Source: Massalongia carnosa (taxonomy: Eukaryota). Taken from it: DNA of 64,000 nt. Position 1 is the stretch's first letter; each line of letters begins with the position of its first letter. This document shows, in pieces, positions 23,212 to 35,100 of this stretch. The translations under genes were made by a program, and so were the position numbers. The stretch lies in assembly GCA_965645245.1 (NCBI GenBank), contig OZ287070.1, positions 868,001 to 932,000 of the forward strand, written 5' to 3'. The notes below the pieces were generated by a model. That model made no database searches and had not been told where the DNA came from. It saw only the letters and a list, made by a program, of their open reading frames with translations.

Positions 23212-25868
23212 ATGGAGGAGGATATCTCAACCAGTCCGGCTTCGACCATGTCTCCAGTAACCTTAGCCCAAGTTAGCGATAACAACAGTTCCGCTCAAAA
23301 ACCATTAACGCCTCAGAGTAGCTCCTCTCCGTCAGTCAGTGGAGCTGCAGCGCCGTCCCTGAACCCAAGATCCTGCACCACCTGCAGAAAGCGAAAGGTT
23401 CGGTGCGATAAGAGACACCCGTGCGGAAACTGTAGCAAAGCGGGTGTAGAATGTATCTTCCCCGCTCCTGGAAGAGCGCCGAGGCGCAGCAGAAAACCGC
23501 CTGATACAGAACTGCTAGCAAGATTAAGAAGACTCGAAGGCGTAGTTCAAGGTTTGGGCAAAGGTTTTGATGAGGAAGTCGACGTTCCTGAAGCCGAACC
23601 GGAGGCCGAACCGGTGAAACCTGCGCACAAAAACCGAGTGGCGTGCGATAAGGCTCAGAAGAAAGACGCATTTCTTGGTCTTCACAATTCAAACAGCATC
23701 TCCGCCAATGAGCCAAATGGGTTAGTAAAAGAATTTGGACGGTTGAGTGTCGAGGGAGGGAGGAGTCGCTATGTTAGCAACAAGTTCTGGGTTAGCTTAA
23801 GCGAAGAGGTGAGCTGTGGCATGTATATGAAGAACCTATCACACCACGCACTACGATTGTGTACTTCTGGATTTGTGGTTTCGGTTTGCTAAGATGTCGG
23901 GGAAAATATAAGTCCTGCCCAGCTCCTTAGGGTCTGTGGATACTTATGAGAGAATGTGATTAAGAGATATTTACTAGGAATTTCTCACGCAACAAATGCT
24001 AATGAAGTTCAAATTTATAGGTGGCAGAAATGCGAGATATTCTCGACGATCCTACGGACGATGAAGATGACTATCCTTCACCAGGTTCTGGCTCTGCGGC
24101 ATTAGCCAATCATCAGGGTTTTATTTTCAACTTCAGTTCTACCATAGTTACGCTTCGAGATTTTCATCCTCCAGCAAAACAAATAGCAACATATTGGCAA
24201 ATATACAAGGAAAATGTTGATCCGTTGATAAAAATATTCCACCGACCATCCACCGAGAAACTCCTCGCCGAAGCCTCCCAAAATATCGACCATGTCAGCA
24301 AGCCGATGGAAGTTATGATGTTTTCCATATATTTTGCCGTCATTACATCATTGTCTGACATTGAATGCATCACCATCTTCGGCGTTGAGAAGCACGCCAC
24401 AATCGAAAGGTATCGATTCGCATTTGAGCAAGCTATGGCTCGAGCCAGTTTTTTAAGTACTCAAGAGATAGTTGTTTTACAATCTTTTACACTTTTCTTG
24501 ACTTGTGTCCGTCGGCTCGATGACTCACGCTATGTGTGGACACTCACAGGTCTCGTCATTCGAATTGCGCAGTCCCTAGGTATTCATCGCGATGGGCAAC
24601 AGTTCGGGCTCTCGCCTTTTGAGACAGAGATGCGGAGGCGTCTCTGGTGGCAGATTTGTAGCCTCGACGTGCGAGCTTCTGAAGACCATGGATCGGACCC
24701 TTCAATTGTGGAGCAAACGTTTGATACTCGTTTCCCTTTGAATATTGATGACACAGACATAGATCCTGATACAAAAGAAACCCCTGTGGAAAAGGAGGGA
24801 AGGACCGAGATGATGTTTGATCTTATTCGCTATTCTGTCAGCACCACCGTACGCCGTCTTAGCTATGCGCCCCCGGGGCCAGGTCCTTGTCAGATGAAAA
24901 GTGCCAGCATCACCCTCGAAGTCAAGGAACGCCTGATTGAAGAACTGCATCAGTACCTTGAGGCCAAGTACCTCAAATACTGTGACATGAACGTGCCCCT
25001 TGACTGGGTCGCTGCAACTGTCTCGCGCCTCATAATGGCTAAAATGTGGCTCATAGTGCACCACCCATTTCAACGTGACGACGGCGGCGCCGGCCTTCCG
25101 CAAGAGACCAAGGATCGTTTATTTCTCACTTCGGTCGAAGTCATCGAGTTCTCGCATCTCCTGGAAACGGAAAAGTCTACACAGAAGTGGGGTTGGCTAT
25201 TTCGTACCTACGTTCAGTGGCACGCGGTCGCATTCGTGCTTTCGCAGCTCTGCATTCGCACTTCCGGGCCAGAAGTGGAGAAGGCATGGGCGGCCGTCGA
25301 AAGCGTGTTTGAAGATTGGGGCGGCGCCGTATCCGCGAGCAAGCGCGGGATGCTGTGGAAGCCTCTTAGGAAACTCATGGCCCGGGCGCGTCTCGTGAGG
25401 GCGCGGGAACTTGAGAAGCAGTCCAAGTTTCCGCTGGACGGCTCCTTGGGTCCCAGCGGCAACTATGCCTCGGCAATGCCATGTGGCCCAGAACGCATGC
25501 CGCTGGCGAACGGCAACGAAAACTTCAGCACGCAGCCCTACGTCAGTCCATCGAACAACACCTTTACTTCCCCCTTTAACTCATCCGTGAGCATCTCTAC
25601 CTCCAACAACCCCTTCCTGAACTCCTCCATGCCCCCACCGGACGACCCAGGTAGAACGTCCCATCAAACGCTCCCTATGGACGCCTCTAACGATAGTGTC
25701 AAGTGGGATTATGAAGATGCGAGTCTTGGCCTTGATCTCGGTCTCGGCGGTGATGAGGGGATGACGTGGGCCGGCTGGGACGATCTGGTGAAGGATTTTC
25801 GGATGGAGGTTGAGGATGGACAAGGTGTTGAGAGAGCTGGGGTAGGGGGAATGATTAATTGGTTTTGA
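23212..25868 (+). CDS. Zn(II)2Cys6 transcription factor with fungal-specific TF domain; intron 23809-24020
   Basis: CTTCRKRKVRCDKRHPCGNCSKAGVEC; middle homology region AQSLGIHRDG..EMRRRLWWQI. Confidence 0.93.
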
Positions 25869-26470
25869 TTGGGTGGGGAAAAGGGGAGATGGGAGATGGG
25901 TCAATACCTGGTTTGGGTACGAGAAGAAATTTACATCCGTAGGGAGAGGTAACTAATCTTGGGGAGTTGGGAAAGTGTTTTGATTAGTGGTGATGGTGTA
26001 CATTGGGGACAAGCATTGTCTGGCCAACATGGAGAATCTTCTTGATTTACCGGTTGGTATATGCAAATACCCATGATCGATTCTTCATTCAGGTATTTCT
26101 GCTCGAATTTTTATTTTATATTAGCCTCTGGGCTCAGGAGATCGAGAGCTCGGTTCCGATCTCTTCTACATATGATTAGCGTATACCTTATTTGGCGCCA
26201 TTCATGATGAATCTCATCAACCATTGTAGATCATTGGTTCGTCAAGTTTCATGATGTAGGTGCTCTATAATTTGACAGAACGACCTGGTGTAAGAATAGA
26301 CTAGCGAGTCTTCTTCATTCCAGAGTTCTGATCAGAAGGTGCAACCTCGATGATCTTTCTGGAAAAAATAGCAAGTGACGTGAACTCTCGATTCATGTTG
26401 CCTCTCTTGTCAACTTTGAGCTTGGTGAAAAGCTCCAAGATATTCCAGGACTGGCCCACATGCGACTGTG

Positions 26471-29400
26471 ATGTCGACGGCTTCAACGCGCTCAAGAGGC
26501 GTTAATAGGCGTATCAACAGCCTGCAAAGTAATGCAACCCGGTCTCGAGACAGCTCACGGCCCCGGAAGCGTATCGTCTCCCACGATGATGTCTACACCT
26601 TCGCCCTCCGGGTTGCATACCTTGCCTATTTACTCCAGCCTAAGGCTCGGCGAATGCAGCATGTTCCAGCTCCATCGGCATCTATTCAGCGCTCCTCGAC
26701 ATCAATCAACGATCTGATGAAGGATTTCAGCTTGCTGAAGGACTCCAAAAGCACAAGGTTTCCTCATGGCTTCATGTCGGAACTTGAGAAGCGCTTGACG
26801 AGCGTCTTAATGGGGAAGGAGAAAAAGCCGGAATACAATGATCCCACGGTCAAGAGGACGTTTGCGGCTTTCTTGAATGCGTTCACCGAACAAAGTTTCA
26901 GGAAACGGATGGAGAAGGACCGACGGGTGGAGGACCTTGTGCTCATATTCTTCTCAAACGCGACGAAAGAGTTGCAGAAAGGAAAATTGCCAGGAGATGA
27001 TGCCTGGAAACTAATGGTGGATCGTCATCTTGCTTTGTTCATTCGTCTGATAAGCCTGGTATTAAAAGATCATGACTGGGTAAGAGATCGGCCGGATTTG
27101 ACGAATCGGCTATCAACCTTAGAAAGCAAACTTCTAGCTCACGATCAAGATCTAGCCGCAAACACGTCTCGAAATGGAGGCGCAGGGGGGTCAACGATCG
27201 AGGTTGTAGTGCCCCGAAGCTATGAAGTGAAGGATATGCCGCTCGTCCAGCATGTTGCACAAATATTTGGCATCTCAAATGCTCAAGTTCAGTCTGATAT
27301 AAATAGATACAAGCCTGTCTGGACTGAAAAAGCAGCGCTGCAAGATCTCAAATCGTATCAGATGTACTTAAACTTAAATTCGCGAAGGACCCTACGAAGT
27401 GATGACTTTGACCTGGATGAGAGTTACGAGGCATGGAAGAAGGCTGAGATTCAAGAACTGTCACAAATGATGTTGGTAATTGTTCAACCGAACCCAGAAT
27501 TAGCCAAGAGCACTTCGGGGACAACTGCTCCACAATTCACCCGTTCTTCGAGCAATCTGGAAACGTCTGACCTCAACTACCCTGACCCTCTCAAGAGGAT
27601 GACGGAAACCTTTGATGCATCATCTTATGTCATTGATCAGCCTGTGGACATGAGCTCCTTCAATTCCAGCAACGAAAGCTCCGCATCCCCCATTGAGGAC
27701 GGAGACGTTTTCACGTATATCCCACCAGATACAGGGCTGTATTACCGCTTCATTCTGACCCAAACACTGAATCATGATCTGAGTCAATCGTCCACCAAAC
27801 CGTCAGAAGCTGCAGAGGATGAGACATCAGAGAATATTCTATCGAAAAAATCTGTTGAGCTACTCAACGAAATATGTCTACGCTGGCGATTGCCCCATGC
27901 CTCCAGAACGGTTCTTTTTCTTGATGTTGTTCGCGAGAAGTTCGTGGACCAAGAGATTACACTCGATACGTTGGACGCTGCTTTCACCCTCGTTAAAGAG
28001 CCACCTCAAGACGCTCATAAGACTTCAAGTCTCATGGGCTTAATCTGGTTTGATCGAGCACAATGGACATTGACAGATGTTGCTATACTTCAGCAATTGC
28101 TCTTAGCAATTCATGATGCTCTCCTCCGTGACTTGTATAATATCATGCAGCACTGCTATGAACAGAAGCCGCCACCTATAGGCCCGACCATGTACGTTCT
28201 TGAGAATCATATCCAGAGTGATCCAAATTTTCCTAAGAGCTCAGAAGATCTCCAAATTTTCTCTGGTCAGCTTTACGAGGGACTACAGCAAAAAGCCCAT
28301 GAATTATATCGTACCTATTTGGAGAAAGAGGTTCCACAAGATCAACATAGTTGGGAATTTTTCCATGTTATAGAGCTCGGGAAGGCAGTTGTTATGCTTG
28401 CTCAGCGAATTCAGAAAAGATATCGCAAAAACCCTGAAATACTAGGGTACGTAACATTACCCATGGTTAATGGTGTTGCTAAAAGGTTTCCTATAGCGTC
28501 AGCCCTTTAGCCGCTTTGGTAGAGACAATTCTCCCATTGTTTGCAGAAGATGCTCGCGATATTGTTGCTAGAATTCTCCAACTATCGCAAGAAAAGCAGG
28601 AGGAAGTACCTATTGATGATGGCTTTCAGCTTTATGGGGAGTTAACAGAGATTAGGCGCATTCACGGAGAAGTCCTCCCAAAGTCAGTCTCGTGTATACT
28701 TCCGGTCTGTTAAAAAGCTAGCTGATTGTCTTACCTAGAGTTCCATTTGCGTTTCATATCGAAGGTCTACTTGCAGACTTTGTTTGGCGTTGGATTCGTA
28801 CGACGGAGGCAACCATTCCTGACTGGGTAGATCAAGCTGTCAAGCAAGATCGATTTGCTGTACGGACGGAACAGAGCGACCAGATACCTACTGAGGACCA
28901 ACGACACAGTGTTTCCGTCATCGATATTTTTAGTTCATTCAATCAAACTATCGAGCGAATTGTGCAGCTCAATTGGGACGATGATCTTCAATACGCTAAG
29001 TTTATGACGTCCCTTGGAAAAGTCTTCGGTATCGCTATCGCCCGTTATTGCGAAATACTGGAGCAGAAGTTCAGTAAGGAAATGGATAGATTGACTCCAG
29101 AGCAAGAGCTTGCAACAAATCAGACCAAGCAAGAAAAATGGCTGCAAGTCGCGAAGGATGCTTGGAATAATAGGGAAAAAATCGAGCCGTTTCAATTTTT
29201 TCCCGAGGTTTGTTTTTCTACTATGGTAGAGATCGCTATTTGCTTACTTTTGGTAGTCCTTCGTCAAGCTTAACAATATCGACTATGCTACTCTTCAATT
29301 TGATAAACTTGAGCGTGAAGTCAACGTGGACACGTGTGCCGCGCTAATCCAAAGCCACGCTCCTCCGGTAACACAGCGGCAGAAGAAGGTCAACAACTAT

Positions 29401-30790
29401 GTTTTTACCATCAAGATAGTCGAAGGCGAAGACTTAAAAGCTTGCGATATAAATGGGTTTAGTGATCCTTATGTGGTCCTCGGCGATGAATACCAAAAGC
29501 GTCTGGCCAAGACAAGAATAATATATCGTAACCTCAACCCACGCTGGGATGAAACAGTAGATATTACCACACAAGGACCTTTGAACATCATTGCTACTGT
29601 ATGGGATTGGGACACTCTAGGAGATCATGATTGTGTGGGTCGAGCTTCACTCAAGTTGGATCCGTCGCATTTTGGAGACTTTTTGCCTCGAGAGTACTGG
29701 CTGGACCTTGATAGCCAGGGTCGAATTTTACTGCGGGTCAGTATGGAAGGAGAACGCGATGATATACAGTTTTATTTTGGCAAGGCATTTCGGATCCTCA
29801 AGAGGACTGAAAGAGACATGACGCGAAAGATTACAGATAAGGTGAGTAGATCTTAGCAACATTTATCCGATCCGTTAATCACAAATGTAGCTATCCGCAT
29901 ATATAAATCATTGCCTTTCACGCCGTGCTCTAAAGAGTCTGCTATCGAACCGAATAACAATATCTTCCGTATCAAGCTACTTCAATCGTAGTCGATCAGT
30001 TCAGCCATTGCAGCCACCGACAGAGGCTGAAATTACAAATGCACTGAAGCCATTGTTTGCGTACTTTGATGACAATTTCGCGATCATGAATCAGACATTG
30101 ACGAGTGCTGCAATGGTCGTGGTGATGACAAGGTTGTGGAAAGAAGTCCTATCAACTATAGAAGCGTTATTAGTTCCGCCACTTTCTGACAAACCGTCAC
30201 AGCAGCGTCAGCTGAATCAACAAGAACTCGACATTGTGTTCAAGTGGCTTCAATACCTTTATGATTTTTTCCATGCTGTGGATGAAGAGACTGGAGAGGC
30301 TAATGGCGTTCCGCTGGATGTTCTTAGATCACCCAAGTACTTTGACATAACAGCCCTAAATTTCTTTTATTTTGAATCTACGGAAGCCTTAATACGGACA
30401 TCGGAGCGAATGGCCTCGGCCACTGCATCGCGCCACCAGACACAAAGAAATCGGCTCTCTGCACCCGCAACTTTATCGGCTCCCGCCTTTGGCGGTGCGG
30501 CAGGCTTGGTGGGAATGCCATCAACTCGACGATCAAAGAGTATTATGCACTCACGAAATCTGGGAACCATGAAGAAAGCCAAAGAGGAGAAACGAAAGGA
30601 AGCACAGGCTGAACCAAACGATGATATGATTTTACGGATTCTGCGCATGAGACCGGAAGCTGAGAGGTACTTAAAAGATCGAAGCAGGCAAAAGGAGAGG
30701 TTGGCAGCGGCTGCAGCAGCGGAGATGATCGTAAGGCAAAGTCTAATGGCTGGGGGGGGGAGAATGACAGGAAGTCTCCCAAGGCGGTAA
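26471..30790 (+). CDS. Munc13/UNC-13-like C2-domain protein (MHD1-C2-MHD2; Ync13/YOR296W-like), multi-exon
   Basis: C2 domain (DLKACDINGFSDPYVVL..WDWDTLGDHD) flanked by MUN-like helical regions (LKPLFAYFDDNFAIMNQTL). ORFs joined by short introns. Confidence 0.82.
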
Positions 30791-31113
30791 GATGTAGCGA
30801 TGGTTCTAAGCTTCTCATAAATAATCAGGGTTGATGATTGGCGTTCCTGGTATTCCCAATTGGCCTCGCCATCATGCTGTGGAGGGATCAATGGCGTAAC
30901 AAGTACTAAGTAGGTCCTGGCTGGATTGATATAGCATGGGCGCTGGATGTCGATGATGGCGTCAACAATGAAGAGATCAGCGTGCTCAGTATTTCAGCTA
31001 AATTGTCATTCTTTTAGCGCAAAATATTCCCAAAATCACAATAACCAGAATATGTACAAGAGCTCTATAACTTTCACTTCGCCCTAATGAGTATGTGAAA
31101 GGCTAGTATTCTA

Positions 31114-31683
31114 TTAAGCTTCGTCTTCGCTCAGAGCCTATCTATAACTCAGAGGGGATTATTCTTAATCCACATCATGAACGACTTACCAGTAAAGCCC
31201 TAGCCCCTCCTAACTCCTTATCTAGCCCACCCGGAAATCTTCGTGGAGCGCTCGGTTTGTCAGGATACACCAGGCTTACAGCCCCACATATGCCTAAGAC
31301 CGTCGCAATGAAACATCCCATAAGGAAAAGCCCATGGCCTGGTGTAAAATGTGTGTACTCGTAAGGACTGAATATGCCCAGGATGTCGTTATCTTCATGA
31401 ACGGGTTCGCCATAATTGCGGCGCTCTTGTTTATCCCACCAGTCGCCATAGGGATCACGAAACTGTCGTTTTTCCGGCGGAGGATTGACGTAGCCGCCAT
31501 TCTGAAGACAAAGTATCAATATAGGAATTGCTAAGTTGGGGAAATCGTAGATGGGCTGACCATATTTGGATCAGTTACATCAACGTCAGTCAAGCATCTT
31601 ATATGAGTGCGGTTAAGGGCTGGGCGAGGGGTTCGGAGGAGGCGAGACAACGGCCTTATCGTTATGAGTCGTCTTTGAAGCAT
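31114..31683 (-). CDS. NDUFB8: Complex I accessory subunit NDUFB8/ASHI; exons 31683-31561, 31501-31190, 31137-31114
   Basis: Arg-rich presequence MLQRRLITIRPLSRLLR; DPNMNGGYVNPPPEKRQFRDPYGDWWDKQERRNYGEP; single TM helix. Confidence 0.85.
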
Positions 31684-32122
31684 TGCATTGATAGTAGAGC
31701 AGCTAACTGTTCATACAAGAGAACTTGAGGTGGTGGGAGTAGGTATGCGGTGACCTATCGAAGCCCAAATATGGAAGCTTCCTAACCAATCATGGTTCAG
31801 CGGTGACGACAGAGCGGTCGTGATGGAATGTGCTAAGGCTAGGCGTATTGTTTCATCTAATTACCCTGCGACTGCCCGTACCATTAGTATTTCGGCAACA
31901 TCCTTTTCGCAAAAATCAAACACATCAGGCACGTCCAAATGAATCTTGCAGCGTAGTCTCTGGACGCTACAAACCCGATGACTCGTTCAAAATTCTTCAT
32001 GGAAATGGTCTCGAGTCAAGCTTTCTCTAGACGCACAAATCAAGTAATTTGAGTGCGAATTCGTTGAGATTCTTGGGGTTCGTTTACTTAGCAATCGTTC
32101 CTCTCGTCATCTCAGACCTGAA

Positions 32123-35100
32123 ATGCAAAACGGGTCGCCCGATAATGGCTCCTCCGTTCATCACATGAATGATCAACCTGTCGCGTCCAGATTTTCCACC
32201 TCCATAAACTCAACCGTGCAAGTACAAACACCAGATTCACTCACAGCTCAAACGTCAATCGAGAATGAAGATCTAGCGTGTGAGGACAATGACAACGATG
32301 CGCCTCCAACGAAGAAGCGGAAGCTTACAGACTCCGCAACGCGGCAGTCGTCTTTGTCAAGGCCGGTCTCGCCGCCTTGGAAAAGGATCGCTGTGGATGG
32401 ACCTACATCGTTCGTAGAAGGTGGAAGGAGAAAATCATCGCGGACAAACTTTGTACCTCTTGCCTTGCAGCCTCAAGCCGAAAAACGTCAAACACGCGCC
32501 GCCATCCATAAAAAACACCTTATGAAGAGCAAGTATGCCGGCGCATCAACACATAAGCCTCTTCCATTGACTCTCTCAGCGAGTCAGCAACAGACCAATG
32601 GGAAACGACCTCAATCCTCTGGCAAGCCGGGCGGGATTCTCGCAAGTACCTCGCCAGCCAAGCCCAGCCAACACCCTTCCAGCTTGCTTCAACAAGCTGT
32701 TGCCCCTGATTTTATCAAGAGGTCACACAAGAAAAAGGCACCTTTGGCTAGACCCATACCAACGCCAAAGATTATCGCTTCTCCTAAAACCCGCAGATCA
32801 TGCCATGCATCTGAGGTGGTTGAAACTCCAAGCAAAGGGCGAGCCATAAGAAATGGTAGATACCAGGAGGAGGCAGCAGAGGAGGAAGATGAAGATGAGG
32901 CAGATGAGGGTGAGGAGGAGGGTGAGGAGGGTGAGGAGGAGGGTGAGGAGGAGGGTGAGGAGGAGGGTGAGGAGGAGGGTGAGGAGGAGGGTGAGGAGGA
33001 GGGCGAGGATGAGGACGAGGATGAGGACGAAGACGAAGACGAAGATGAGGAAGAGGATGAAGAGGAAGCAGTCGAATCGTTTACAAGGGACCCACACTAC
33101 AGACCTCAAAGGTTGAATCTGAGAGTTCGCATGCCCACTGTGAAGGTTCAACAACCTGAAAATATTGCGTTGCCGCGACGCTTCGGTTCGTTCCGGGATT
33201 GGTTTGAACAAGAAGGACACACCGTCGAGGATGACACCGGAGGCATGACAAAAGAGGAGGCAAAGGACGAAGCTACTCTGCGGAAACGAATTTTGAGAGC
33301 ATCTAAGCCAGGAGGCGTGCTTAACGAAGGCAATTGTTCTCTTTACTTACCCGATAATGAAGAGAGCCCACCTCGACAGTATGGTCACTGGGATTATGTA
33401 CTTGCTCATGCCAGCTACTTCGTCAAATTGATGAAACAAGAACAAAAGCTTCATCTTGGTGCAGCAAAGAAACTTGCGCAATCCGCGGCGGCCGAATGGA
33501 AGCGAAAACAACCCAAAACAGAGAAAGAGATTGAAGAGGAGCGTGAATTTGCGCGCGACGCTGTTTATAAGCGCTTCTTCAGGCAACTGATGCAAAAATG
33601 GGAGATCATTGGCGCCGAAGTTGAACGGCGACGGCGGCAAAGATGGGAAGAAGAACAGCAACGTCTAGGGAAACAAGCATTGAACAAAGTACTGGAGCAA
33701 TCGACTCAATTGTTAGACAAGAGAAGGTTGAGAGCCTCGTCAGATGTAGGCAGTAGCGATGAGGTGGACGAGCCAAATGATGCATCCGATGAATCAAGTT
33801 CCGGTTTTGAGAAAGAGGATGAAGACAACATATCCTCGAGTCAGTCAAACAGCGAGGATGGCGAAGCCAACCGTACGGCCGATGACGATGAAGGTCTTAC
33901 ATTGGAGGAACTGCATCAGAAATATGCAGATATTCCTGGTCCGGATCCAACTCAGCAAATGAACACAGATTCAAGGGAAATTGAAGGCGTCGATGTCGAC
34001 CCAGGGGGAACTCGAGCGGTGACTGATCTCGTCTTTAAGGGAAAGCCCTCTATATCATTTGCTGATAGCCAGGACCAAGATCCTGCTTGTGACGATATAG
34101 ATGAAGTCGACGATATCCTTATGGATGATTCTGATGCAAGCACCAGCATGGACGATGAGACTTCCGAAAGCAACGACCAGTCAATAAGTGTTGGCAATGA
34201 TGAAGAAAGCGATGTGGCGGAAGAAGATGAAGGCTTGCTCGGTTTCTTTTCAAAGAAAGATTATAATATTAGTGTGGAATCAAGGGCTGGTCAGGATTCA
34301 TTGCATATAAGTACGAAGGACGAGGACTCAGAAGATGAGGTAGAGGAGGTGTCCTTGATACCTGACGTCACTCAAGTTCAAACGCCCTCCGCGAGCAATA
34401 GCGAGGAACCTTCATCGGACTCTCGAAAGCGATCACATTTACTTGTGAACGGTCTTAGGGCCCAAACTGATCAAACGCTTTCGAAAGAAATATCTGTCCA
34501 TTCATCTCTCAGGAACCTTATCACTGAGGACTCTCCCAAAGCTAGCCCGGCGCCATCCATCTCTGTCATTCAGGACCATCAAGAATCATTGCCGGCTACC
34601 CCAGTCTCGACGAGGCCACTCAAAACTCAGGTACCATCTTTACTCAGAGGAACTTTACGAGAGTATCAGCATTTCGGCCTTGACTGGCTCGCTGGACTTT
34701 ATGCCAATGGCACGAACGGGATTCTTGCTGATGAAATGGGTCTTGGCAAGACTATCCAAACAATAGCATTACTTGCGCACCTTGCTGTCGAGCACGAGGT
34801 CTGGGGTCCGCATCTGATCGTAGTGCCTACCAGTGTAATATTGAACTGGGAGATGGAATTTAAGAAATTTCTTCCAGGTTTCAAAGTATTAACATATTAC
34901 GGCACCCAAGAAGAGCGTAAGCGGAAAAGGCAAGGATGGACGGACGAAAACAAGTGGAACGTATGGATCACATCCTATCAAATCGTTTTGGCCGATAATC
35001 AGATCTTCAAGCGACGTGCCTGGCATTATATGGTTCTTGATGAGGCTCACAATATCAAAAATTTCCGTTCCCAACGATGGCAAACACTCTTGACGTTCAA

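Noticed and set aside
32798..33220. Antisense and alternate-frame ORFs with LLLT / RRRV repeats
   Set aside because: By-products of the SWR1 acidic tandem repeat.
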